The notes beneath the pieces were generated by a model. That model saw nothing but the letters and a program-made list of their open reading frames with translations, did no database searches and had not been told where the DNA came from. Source: Chlamydiales bacterium (GTDB lineage: Bacteria; Chlamydiota; Chlamydiia; Chlamydiales; JAJFMA01). Taken from it: a DNA stretch of 64,000 nucleotides. The stretch lies in the NCBI GenBank assembly GCA_030679955.1, contig JAUXSF010000033.1, positions 80,789-144,788 on the forward strand, read 5' to 3'. Position 1 is the first letter of the stretch. Each line of letters starts with the position of its first letter. Of this stretch, positions 46,000 through 54,800 are shown piece after piece. The translations under genes were made by a program, and so were the position numbers.

Positions 46000-47365
46000 A
46001 ACCTTTATACCTTGCTTGTACTTCTTCCAACGTACTGCAACCAGCCAATAGCAAAATATCTGCAATGGACATATTGCTAATCTTGCCTTGAGCATCAGGC
46101 ATCGGCACATATTTTAGATCGTAAAAGCTCTGACCAATCGCTGGCAATAGTGCACGTAGAATAGTAACCGTACCTGCTACATTGGTGAAGTCGTTGCCAT
46201 TTTCATCGGTAACCATAACCATTTGTGAAGGTTTGGTGAGATTGGAAATGGACTTCATACCTCCGACAAAGATACCCAGATCGCTGCTATGCATCATAGG
46301 CAAGTCAACTGAGCTATCACCAAACACTATTACAAAGGCATTCGGATTTTTCTGCATATAACCTGATACGAGTCCTGCTATGGCCTGGCCTTTGTCCAGT
46401 TTGCTGATCTTGACGAAGTTGAAATCTACACTACCACGTTTTGCGGGTCCGGAAGCTGGGATCCGTTGATGCGGTTCCAGAGAAGACAAGGAGTTTTCTT
46501 TGTCCAGAAGCTTCAAGTGAAGCAAAAATGTTAAATTTTTCTGCATCGTTATTGCCTCACCATCAATACCACGAGATACTTGTAGTTCAACATCAGCACC
46601 ATTACATAGCAGACGCAATTCAGGATCTAACTGAGAACGAATGCTCTCAAGCAACTCAACAAACTCATCTGGAGTCCTGGATATATCCTGGTGGGGATTG
46701 ATTAACTGGATGTTATGTAGGGCATGCATCAACGAACCTGCTATGGCAGCTTGAGGAGGCGTTCCCGTTTCAACTACACGTTCCAGAAAAACCTCTAACA
46801 ATAGTTTTGCTATTTGAAAGCTCTGATCCAAGGTAAAGTGTTCGATAATCTCTACTTCCCCGTTTGGCGCCAATTGTTGTCCACCCATAGCCCCCAAAAT
46901 ACGCACTCTTTCAGCCTTGATATCTTCAGCAAAGTGTTCTTCGAAAATTGGCTTTAGGGATGTATTCCCTCTGCGGCATTCCTCTACATTGAGATCAGAA
47001 AATACTGGGGTACCGGAAATGAATGTGCCGAAGACTTTCTCTGTCTTCAGAAGCTCCTTAGCAAGGCTGACGACGTCCTGATCCAAAGGGCGATCCGCAA
47101 GAGTGCGCATGACGCCATCGACATCGGAGATGTACAGCACGTTGTTGATAATCTCGCCATTGGCAAAGCGGTTAGGAACAGGAATGGTTACCCAGCGGGG
47201 TTGGTCGTCACTGATATTGTGCAGCTGATTGGCATCTATTGTGTAGTTCAGCGTGTCGAATTGTTTTGTCTTAGGTAGTTCAACAACTCTCTCGTGGTGA
47301 ATTGGTGTGGCCCGTACGTCTTGAACATAGTCCATGGAGCAAGCCTCTTCTTTTGAATTTTTCAT
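45998..47365 (-). CDS. HAD-IIB-like hydrolase with a large cap insertion (hypothetical phosphatase)
   Basis: HAD motif I YISDVDGV, Lys motif KLDKG, motif IV VFGDSSVDLPMM. Start uncertain: TTG 47428, ATG 47365 or ATG 47335. Confidence 0.5.
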   Translation of the reverse strand: MKNSKEEACSMDYVQDVRATPIHHERVVELPKTKQFDTLNYTIDANQLHNISDDQPRWVTIPVPNRFANGEIINNVLYISDVDGVMRTLADRPLDQDVVSLAKELLKTEKVFGTFISGTPVFSDLNVEECRRGNTSLKPIFEEHFAEDIKAERVRILGAMGGQQLAPNGEVEIIEHFTLDQSFQIAKLLLEVFLERVVETGTPPQAAIAGSLMHALHNIQLINPHQDISRTPDEFVELLESIRSQLDPELRLLCNGADVELQVSRGIDGEAITMQKNLTFLLHLKLLDKENSLSSLEPHQRIPASGPAKRGSVDFNFVKISKLDKGQAIAGLVSGYMQKNPNAFVIVFGDSSVDLPMMHSSDLGIFVGGMKSISNLTKPSQMVMVTDENGNDFTNVAGTVTILRALLPAIGQSFYDLKYVPMPDAQGKISNMSIADILLLAGCSTLEEVQARYKG

Positions 47366-47465
47366 TGCGTAAATGATAGAGCTACCTGTTATTAGTGCAA
47401 AGTCATTTTTAGTGCGCTTTGAAATCAAATTTTGCTAGAATGCCGCATCCAAAAGGTAGTGGTTT

Positions 47466-48113
47466 ATGGATCAAATTAAAGCAGTTTTGTTCGACATGGA
47501 CGGCGTTTTAATCGACGCCAAAGATTGGCACTATGAGGCCCTAAACAAGGCCTTAAAGCTATTTGGCATGGAAATCACACGTTATGATCACTTGGTTACG
47601 TATGATGGTCTGCCAACACGCAAAAAGCTGGAAATGCTTACACTAGAGCGAGGCTTGCCAGCTTCACTGCACAGTTTCATCAATGAACTGAAGCAGCGAT
47701 ATACGCTGGAAATTGTGTATAGCTCCTGCTTTCCGACCTTTCACCACCAGTTTGCACTTTCTAAGCTACGTCAGCAAGGTTATAAGCTGGGTGTTTGCTC
47801 GAATTCCATTCGCCAATCTGTAGAGGTTATGCTCGATCGTGCAGAGCTAAGCGGATACTTTGAGTTTTTTCTGTCCAACCAAGATGTTTCGAAGCCAAAG
47901 CCACATCCTGAGATCTATGAGAAGGCTATTGAAAGAATGGAGTTGTATCCCCACGAGTGCTTAATTGTAGAGGACAACCACCACGGCATTCAGGCTGCAA
48001 AGGCTAGTGGAGCGCATGTTTTGGAGGTAGTGGGTCCTGCGCAGGTAACCTTCGGAGCTATTCGTGGTAAGATTGCAGAAATTGAATCATTAGTTGAGGT
48101 GACTCATGCTTAA
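47466..48113 (+). CDS. HAD-IA family phosphatase (beta-phosphoglucomutase-like)
   Basis: 215 aa. VLFDMDGVLID (motif I), CSNS (motif II), KPKPHPEIY and VEDNHHGIQAA (motifs III and IV). Confidence 0.85.
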   Translation: MDQIKAVLFDMDGVLIDAKDWHYEALNKALKLFGMEITRYDHLVTYDGLPTRKKLEMLTLERGLPASLHSFINELKQRYTLEIVYSSCFPTFHHQFALSKLRQQGYKLGVCSNSIRQSVEVMLDRAELSGYFEFFLSNQDVSKPKPHPEIYEKAIERMELYPHECLIVEDNHHGIQAAKASGAHVLEVVGPAQVTFGAIRGKIAEIESLVEVTHA

Positions 48114-48840
48114 TGTAGTCCTTCCGTTAGCTGGCAAATCACTGTTCTTCCGTGAAGAAGAGTATGTCTTTCCAAAGCCGCTAGTAGAAGTAGCGGGAAA
48201 GCCTATGATTCAATTGGTCGTAGAGAACCTTTCTACCATCACACAGCCAAAGAAATTTATTTTTATTCTTAATAGCAGCGACTGCTCCAACTTTCATTTA
48301 GATAGCAGTGTAAGCCTTTTAGCTGACTCGTGCGAAATACTGCGCATAAAAAGCGAAACAGCTGGAGCTACTTGCAGCGCCTTGATGGCAATCGAACATA
48401 TCAATAATGATGATCCACTGCTCATTGTGAATGGTGACCAGGTAATTCACGAAGATCTGAACGATGTGATCACCAAATTTACGAAAGACGATGTAGATGC
48501 TGGCGTTGTCTGCTTTGAGTCAGTTCATCCACGCTGGTCATTTGCTAGAATAGACGATGACGGAATGGTTGTCGAAACAGCAGAAAAGCGCCCCATCAGC
48601 AAGCATGCTATAGCGGGTTTTTACTACTTCAAGCGCGGCAGAGACTTTGTCACTAGTGCCATGATGTCTATACGCAAAAAAGCAGCAATCGGCGGAGTCT
48701 TCTATATAGCCCCGGTTATTAACGAAATGATTCTGGATAACCGCACAGTGGGGATGTATCAAATCCCTGACGCAAAATACCACACCTTTTACGCACCACA
48801 ACGTATCGAAGAATACGAAAAACGATTTTGGAGAGCATAA
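48106..48840 (+). CDS. nucleotidyltransferase-like (GT-A fold) protein, paralog 1, degenerate G-x-G-S-R loop
   Basis: 244 aa. Begins VVLPLAGKSLFF where paralog 2 has PMAGKGSRF. Shares PKPL..V.GKPMI, NGDQ and AGFYYF blocks. Overlaps the HAD gene by 8 nt. Confidence 0.6.
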   Translation: MLNVVLPLAGKSLFFREEEYVFPKPLVEVAGKPMIQLVVENLSTITQPKKFIFILNSSDCSNFHLDSSVSLLADSCEILRIKSETAGATCSALMAIEHINNDDPLLIVNGDQVIHEDLNDVITKFTKDDVDAGVVCFESVHPRWSFARIDDDGMVVETAEKRPISKHAIAGFYYFKRGRDFVTSAMMSIRKKAAIGGVFYIAPVINEMILDNRTVGMYQIPDAKYHTFYAPQRIEEYEKRFWRA

Positions 48841-49598
48841 TGTCTCAAGAGTTGACGATAGTTATACCCATGGCAGGCAAAGGCAGCCGCTTTGCTGAAG
48901 CTGGCTTTAAGAACCCCAAGCCCTTCATACCGGTCGAAGGCAAGCCTATGATCACTCATGTCATGGACAACCTTGACTATCCCAATGCCAAGTATGTGTT
49001 GATTGCACGTCAGGAACACTTAGATGCGGAACCTGAATGCGTGCAGCACATTCAAAATAGCTACAACGCAACTTTTATTGGAATTGATCTGCTAACTGAG
49101 GGCACAGCATGCACCATGCTTTTTGCACGGCGCTTGTGGCAGCCTGAGTCACCCTTGCTTATTGCTAATTGCGACCAGATTGTCGATGGAGGCATTCAGC
49201 CATACATTGATGACTGTTTTGAGCGCCAGTTGGACGGTTCTATCCTCACTTTTGAGGAGCCGACACTACATCCAAAGTGGTCCTATGCCAAAATTAACGC
49301 GCAGGGTTTAGTTACTGAAGTGGCAGAGAAAAAGGCGATTTCTCCATGGGCGACCGTTGGTCTTTATTTGTTCACACAAGCATCTACTTTTGTTGAATCA
49401 GCGATCGACATGATTATTCGCAATGAGCGTGTCAACAACGAGTTCTACACCTGTCCGACCTATAACTACGCCATCGAGAAGGGTAAGCGGATAGGCATCT
49501 ATAATATACCTACAAGTGCCATGCATGGCATCGGAACACCGGAAGACTTGGATGCCTACCTACTGCATCGCAACCAAGAAGTGCTATGTACGTTGTAG
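48840..49598 (+). CDS. sugar-phosphate nucleotidyltransferase-like protein, paralog 2 (canonical loop)
   Basis: IVIPMAGKGSRFAEAGFKNPKPFIPVEGKPMI, NCDQ, ATVGLYLF. ATG 48840 overlaps the preceding TAA (TAATG) and has a GGAGAG RBS. Confidence 0.7.
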   Translation: MSQELTIVIPMAGKGSRFAEAGFKNPKPFIPVEGKPMITHVMDNLDYPNAKYVLIARQEHLDAEPECVQHIQNSYNATFIGIDLLTEGTACTMLFARRLWQPESPLLIANCDQIVDGGIQPYIDDCFERQLDGSILTFEEPTLHPKWSYAKINAQGLVTEVAEKKAISPWATVGLYLFTQASTFVESAIDMIIRNERVNNEFYTCPTYNYAIEKGKRIGIYNIPTSAMHGIGTPEDLDAYLLHRNQEVLCTL

Positions 49599-50242
49599 TG
49601 CCTCTAGCCGGCCCAGACTGCTATGATGCGAAGTACGGCATTCGTCCCATGATGCCGATGGGAGAGTCTACGCTTATTCACAGCGTCCTTTCCTCTCGAT
49701 GGAATGATGTCAGCTATGTATTTGTTTTACGCGAGCATGAGAACATGCCGCGCTTACGACAATACCTTCGGGATACCTTTGTGGGGTGTCAGATAGTGGT
49801 TGTTTCCCAGCTGGCTGCTGGAGCAGCCTTTTCTGCGCTTGCAGGAATGAGTTTGGTACCCGACAATGTTCCGGTGGTAGTAGACCTTGCTGACATAGCA
49901 TTCGAGGGTAATTGCGATTTTAAAGCAGCTTTTGCCGCAGACGAGCAATTGCAGGGCATAGTTCCTTATTTTGAATCGAGTGAGCCACAATATAGCTACC
50001 TACAGCTTGATGAAGAAGGCTATCTGCTACAAGCGGTAGAGAAAAAAGTTATCTCCAACCACGCTACAGCTGGTGTTTATGCTTTTCGCAATGTAGGAGC
50101 CTATTTGCAAGCTCTAGCACGTTGTGTGCGCGATGGCGACACGTATAAGGGGCTCTATTTCGTGTGCCCGCTGTTAAACGATATGTGTGTTACAGGGGTT
50201 CCTGTGACAGTGACTGAGCAACACAGTCTGGCTTTTCATTAA
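49586..50242 (+). CDS. nucleotidyltransferase-like protein, paralog 3, degenerate loop
   Basis: 218 aa. VVPLAGPDCYD replaces the G-x-G-S-R loop. Retains the ATAGVYAF block. Overlaps paralog 2 by 13 nt. Confidence 0.55.
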   Translation: MYVVVPLAGPDCYDAKYGIRPMMPMGESTLIHSVLSSRWNDVSYVFVLREHENMPRLRQYLRDTFVGCQIVVVSQLAAGAAFSALAGMSLVPDNVPVVVDLADIAFEGNCDFKAAFAADEQLQGIVPYFESSEPQYSYLQLDEEGYLLQAVEKKVISNHATAGVYAFRNVGAYLQALARCVRDGDTYKGLYFVCPLLNDMCVTGVPVTVTEQHSLAFH

Positions 50243-50282
50243 CTAATAAGAATGGACTTCCAGGATAGGCAGGCGTATGCCT

Positions 50283-50525
50283 CTAACGCTGCGTAGCAGC
50301 AAATCTTATCTTAGCCCCTAGCCATACCCGAAAAATGAGGGTTGGCTAGGGGTAAGTTCAACAAACCGTTCGCGTTGCGGAAGCACCGCGTCTTTTCAAT
50401 GAAAGCAAATGGACAGACGCGATGCTCCGCAGCGCGTGCTCATTGATATGCTGCCCCCTAGCCAACCCTCATTTTTCGGGTATGGCTAGGGGCTAAGATA
50501 AGAATTGCTACTTTGCAGCATTAGC
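50283..50525. repeat. about 240-bp nested imperfect palindrome with perfect 49-bp arms (MITE-like or giant hairpin)
   Basis: Arm 50304-50352 (tcttatcttagcccctagccatacccgaaaaatgagggttggctagggg) is the exact reverse complement of 50455-50503. Each arm is itself a hairpin (cccctagcca...tggctagggg). An inner imperfect inverted repeat is gcgttgcggaagcaccgcgtct / agacgcgatgctccgcagcgc. Outer imperfect pairing extends to about 50283 and 50525. Confidence 0.9.
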
Positions 50526-50636
50526 TGCAGAAACACCCTTTAAAGATGTATAATTCTACTCTAGTTTGATGCGTAAGGGCCAGGCAGGATGCACCGAACG
50601 AATTTCCGCCTTAAATCGCAGAGCGATTATTCTCTC

Positions 50637-50674
50637 CCCAGCCCATTGCCATACCCGAAGGGTTGGTTGTGGGC
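50637..50674. repeat. third, degenerate copy of the gccatacccgaa...gggttgg hairpin module
   Basis: cccagcccattgccatacccgaagggttggttgtgggc shares gccatacccgaa and gggttgg with the palindrome arms. Confidence 0.6.
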
Positions 50675-50711
50675 AGTTGCATAAACATTTTACGTTTCGG
50701 CAGCATCAAGT

Positions 50712-51260
50712 CTAATCGTGCTCTCCACATGATACCTCTGTATTGGCTTCTCGATTTAAGATCTCAATAGCCTCCTCAAAGCTTTCTTCACAGATTTCGC
50801 AGAACCCAATTCCACTAGCTTTTCGCGTTTCATAGCTTATTTTTTCATTTGCAAAGATGATCAGAGCTATGAAAGGAGGAGGATAGTATTCACCGCTGGT
50901 GCGTTGAAATGCGAGCATATAGGATAGACTAGAAGGTTCAAACGGACCGTTGGTTTGCAATATAGATTTGCTCTGGTTGTCACCTAGCATGGCAATTGCC
51001 TTTTGAACTTCAGGCACAAATAGTCTCCTAGCCTCCTCCAGCTCTACCATTTGATCGCTTTTAAAGGTCACAGAAACGCACTCCCGTTTTTTACGATTAA
51101 AACAACCTTCGGCTGTTTGAAACCGCCCATTGCGTTTGTGCAAATCTTTGGCATATTTCTGTAAGCCTTTCCTGTCCCAACGCTTTCCTTCAAAGCCCTG
51201 GAGATTAGCTGAAAAGATCATGAATAAGGACGCTAATGTAAATGCCAGGGTAGAGCGCAT
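50712..51260 (-). CDS. signal-peptide protein, paralog 2 of the Rhs-adjacent pair (candidate immunity protein)
   Basis: 182 aa. Signal-like MRSTLAFTLASLFMIFSANLQG. Shares EGKRWDR.GLQ.YAKD, LFVPEV.KAIAML, EYYPPPFI, IFANEKISY and GFCEICEESFEEAIEILNREA with the neighbour. Confidence 0.5.
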   Translation of the reverse strand: MRSTLAFTLASLFMIFSANLQGFEGKRWDRKGLQKYAKDLHKRNGRFQTAEGCFNRKKRECVSVTFKSDQMVELEEARRLFVPEVQKAIAMLGDNQSKSILQTNGPFEPSSLSYMLAFQRTSGEYYPPPFIALIIFANEKISYETRKASGIGFCEICEESFEEAIEILNREANTEVSCGEHD

Positions 51261-51272
51261 GCTTAATACCTA

Positions 51273-51830
51273 TTATTTATGCTCTGCAGAAGTATCTGTA
51301 AGCATTTCTGTTTGGCTGGCTTCTCGATTTAGGATCTCAATAGCTTCCTCAAAACTCTCCTCACAGATTTCGCAGAATCCTTTGCCATTGGCGTTTCGAG
51401 TATGATAGCTTATTTTTTCATTTGCAAAGATGACCATAGTTATAAATGGGGGGGGGTAATATTCGTCATCTGGTCGATTCAGTGTGAGCGAAAAAGTTAG
51501 GTTGGTGGGACCAAAAGGACCGTTTGTGGCTAATATTGATTTTTTCTGCTTGTTTTGTAACATAGCAATTGCCTTCCGAACTTCCGGTACGAATAATTTT
51601 CTAGCCTCATCGAACTCTACCATCTGATAACTTTCAAATCTCACAGAAACCTTTTCCAGTTTACCGTTGAAAAAGCCTTCGCTCCGCTGTACCCATCCTT
51701 TACGCTTCTGTACATCTTTAGCATATTCCTGTAAGCCTCTTCTGTCCCAACGTTTTCCTTCATAGCCCTGCAGATCAGTCAAAAAGGTAATGAATAGAGA
51801 CATCAGCGTAAGTATGATCGATAAGCGCAT
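51273..51830 (-). CDS. signal-peptide protein, paralog 1, immediately downstream of the Rhs toxin (candidate immunity protein)
   Basis: 185 aa. Starts 5 nt after the Rhs stop. Signal-like MRLSIILTLMSLFITFLTDLQG. Contains a 9-nt homopolymer (51448-51456) encoding PPP. Confidence 0.5.
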   Translation of the reverse strand: MRLSIILTLMSLFITFLTDLQGYEGKRWDRRGLQEYAKDVQKRKGWVQRSEGFFNGKLEKVSVRFESYQMVEFDEARKLFVPEVRKAIAMLQNKQKKSILATNGPFGPTNLTFSLTLNRPDDEYYPPPFITMVIFANEKISYHTRNANGKGFCEICEESFEEAIEILNREASQTEMLTDTSAEHK

Positions 51831-51835
51831 TTCTA

Positions 51836-54800
51836 TTATCTGTTGTTGAGTTCTTTTAGTGCCGTTTTAGCTTCTTTGACAACTTCTTTTTTGTAGTGCT
51901 CATAGCCGTGGCAAGAGCTCGGGCGACGGTTCGATGGGGTCAGCGACCTGAAATTGACGCTGGATGATCCGCAGCGAGCTTTCATATAGCCCCAAGGGTC
52001 ACCAATTATAACGACACATTCGTTGGTGTAAAGAAGATTTGAAATACCGGCCAAATCGGAATCGTCCTCAAGCTTAGCGGATGCGGCGGTGATGCTGTGG
52101 ACAATTGTTTTGGTCTCTTTGTCGAGTTTTTCTCGAGCTCTATGTCCTGTCCACCCTCCCTTGCTGTGATCGGCGGTGACGACGTAGCCGTCTCTATCCT
52201 TTGCGATATCTGTTCCGAAGCGCAGTGCTTCGTCGGCGACTTGTGAAAGTTCTGTGTTAATGCCAAAGATAGAGAGTCCTGTGTTGAATAGGTCTGCGAC
52301 AGCCCCACAGCTGGGATAAACACAGCCGATGATGGTGACGTCTCCCATATCTTCAAACATTTCATTAATTCGCGCTTCTGCCTCGAAGCGGGATACGCAG
52401 ATGCCGTTATTCATAACCATGACATCGTTGCCTGTTCCCAGCTTAGTTTGAACATAGGGTTTGTCAAAGTACCCCTCGAGCACTGTAGTGCCGGCAAATA
52501 AGCTGCACGCATTGATTAGTGTCTGTTGGATCGTTCTGTTGGGCACTAAATGGAATACCAGGGTGGCTATCGGAGTAGCTATTTTTTCTCTTGAGGATGA
52601 CCGCCTGGAACTGTCTGGCCCCGAATATCCACAGTGACTACAGGAGCCGTTTTCATCGAGTGGCCTTCCACAGTTTGGGCATGATTCGCTGCGCAGCCCT
52701 GTGGGGTCCATATATGACAAGGGATTATTGTATACGTATGCATAAAGGTTGGGCCCATCTTGAAAGCCAATAGGATCCGGAGTAAGCCAACGGGCTGTGT
52801 CCGGATCGTAATATCTGCGTCCGAAAAGTACCCATCCGGTTTCAGGATCGTGTCGTTTGCTAGAAAATCTCCATGGGTTAATCGAGGTGCTATCCGGGTA
52901 TGCAGTTTCTTCTCCAAAAGCTGTGTGGCGGTAGAATTCTGTGACTTGACCTGAATCTGCCGCCAGCAACACAGCTACGTTTCCGCAGTGATCATGAATG
53001 GGCACGTAGACCTTGCTATCTATTTCGATGGCAATGGCTGCTCCTATTTCCGCTCCCTTACCCTGGCCAAGGACGCGCAACTGTTGTATCGTGCCATCAG
53101 GATGGGTAGCGCTAATTTCCACTTGATCGCAATAGAGGTAGAGGGTAGTTTCCGAACCTTTTTTGCTGATGCGACGATTGAAGGGATCGTAGCGATATTC
53201 CCATTTGCTACCATCTTGGGATTCAACTTCGATAAGGCGTCCTAGCACGTCGTAGCGATAGCGGTTTTCTCCACAAGCTATTCGGTTGCCCTGGACATCG
53301 TAGCTAAAATGGGTGTCGCCTTGCTGAAGAAGCCTATTAAGGGTATCGACGACACAAACAGAGCTGTCCATGCTTAAACGGTTATGTAGAGAATCATAAC
53401 TATAGTTGTGGTTACTAAGTCCTGTCTCGTCGGTTAGTTGATTTAGTGGGTCGAAGGCAAACTGACAAGAGGCTATGTCAAGGGGGTCGCGTCTAGTAAT
53501 CGACAGTAGATTGCTTATAGCATCGTAGCCACCTTGTGGGATTTGCTCTTCAAAGCAAGGATGCGATAAATGTTTCAATCGGCCGAGGGTGTCCCATGAA
53601 TAATGTAGATCACCTCCATTGCCCACCAGCTGTGCCTCAATTAGTTTCCCTGAAAGATCCCTCTTTAAGTAGCGATGTGAGTAGGAAATGGCGCCGGATG
53701 CGTCCAGTCGATGTACATCCGTTAGGTTAGTGGCGTCGAGCCTATAACCTATCCCCGAGCCATCGGGCAGATCTATCTGCGTGACTCGTGCAAGTGCGTC
53801 GTATTGGTAAGATAATGCAAGACCGGTTGCAAGAGTTTCCTTTGTCATGCGGTTGGCGTGGTCGTAAACTCTGGATGTCGTTTCAGCGCTTGCGGCATCG
53901 AATACAGAAAGTAGATTTCCATTGGAATCATAGGAATACGAATAGTCAATAGAGCCATCAGAAGAGGTGTGGTGTGATAAGCGGTTAAAGGCGTCATATG
54001 CATATCTTAAAATAATACCACTAGGAAGAATGTCCGATTCACGTTGGCCATGTACGTTATAGCTGTAGTAAGTTTGACGTAACAAGGGTGTGCCAACCGC
54101 TTCACGGATGACGACCAGTCGCCCAAGGGTGTCATATTGCCACTCGGTGATAACAGTACGATCTGGGGTGTTGTTGGCCTTAACCGTATCAAGACGGATT
54201 TCAGGCTTACCCAATGCGTTGTATTTGAGTTCAGTTTTACTCAGCTCGTTACCAAAGGGATCCTTCTTAATGATACAAGCTGGGTTGCCCAATGTGTCGT
54301 GTGTGGTTATTGTTTGCCTTCCAAGAGCATCCACAAGTGTTACTATAAGCCTGCCGTTGTATTCATAGTGGAACAGGGTTTCATTGCCATCAGCATCGAC
54401 AATTTTCGTAGGCTCTCCGAAGGGATTGTATTCAGTGAGCGTTGTAGAAGGACCTTGTTCAAAATGTCTTGTGACTGCTGAACGGTTGCCCTGCAAGTCA
54501 TATTCAAAATTTACTTGGTTTAATCTGGTATTGAAAGCATCTTCTACGCGTTCTTCAACCACTCGATTTAATAGGTCAAATTCTTGGATGGTAATTCGTA
54601 CGTTGTCCTCTTCTGGCCCAATCCATTGAATGGTTTTGAATTTTCTACCGAGCCCATCATACTCAAAGCGTGTCCAACCTTCGGGTTTAAGGATGTGTGT
54701 TAAACGTCCGGCACCGTCATAGCGATAAGAGGTAACGTTGCCGTTTGCATCTGTTTCCGAAGTAATTAGAAAGCTCTTATAGGTGGCGGATGTCTTGGCT

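Noticed and set aside
51261-51272. Orphan Rhs C-terminal toxin cassette between the two immunity-like genes
   Set aside because: The gap is only 12 nt, and no DPxGL-type fragment or toxin-tip remnant is present. The second paralog is therefore a duplicated or orphan immunity candidate without its own toxin tip.
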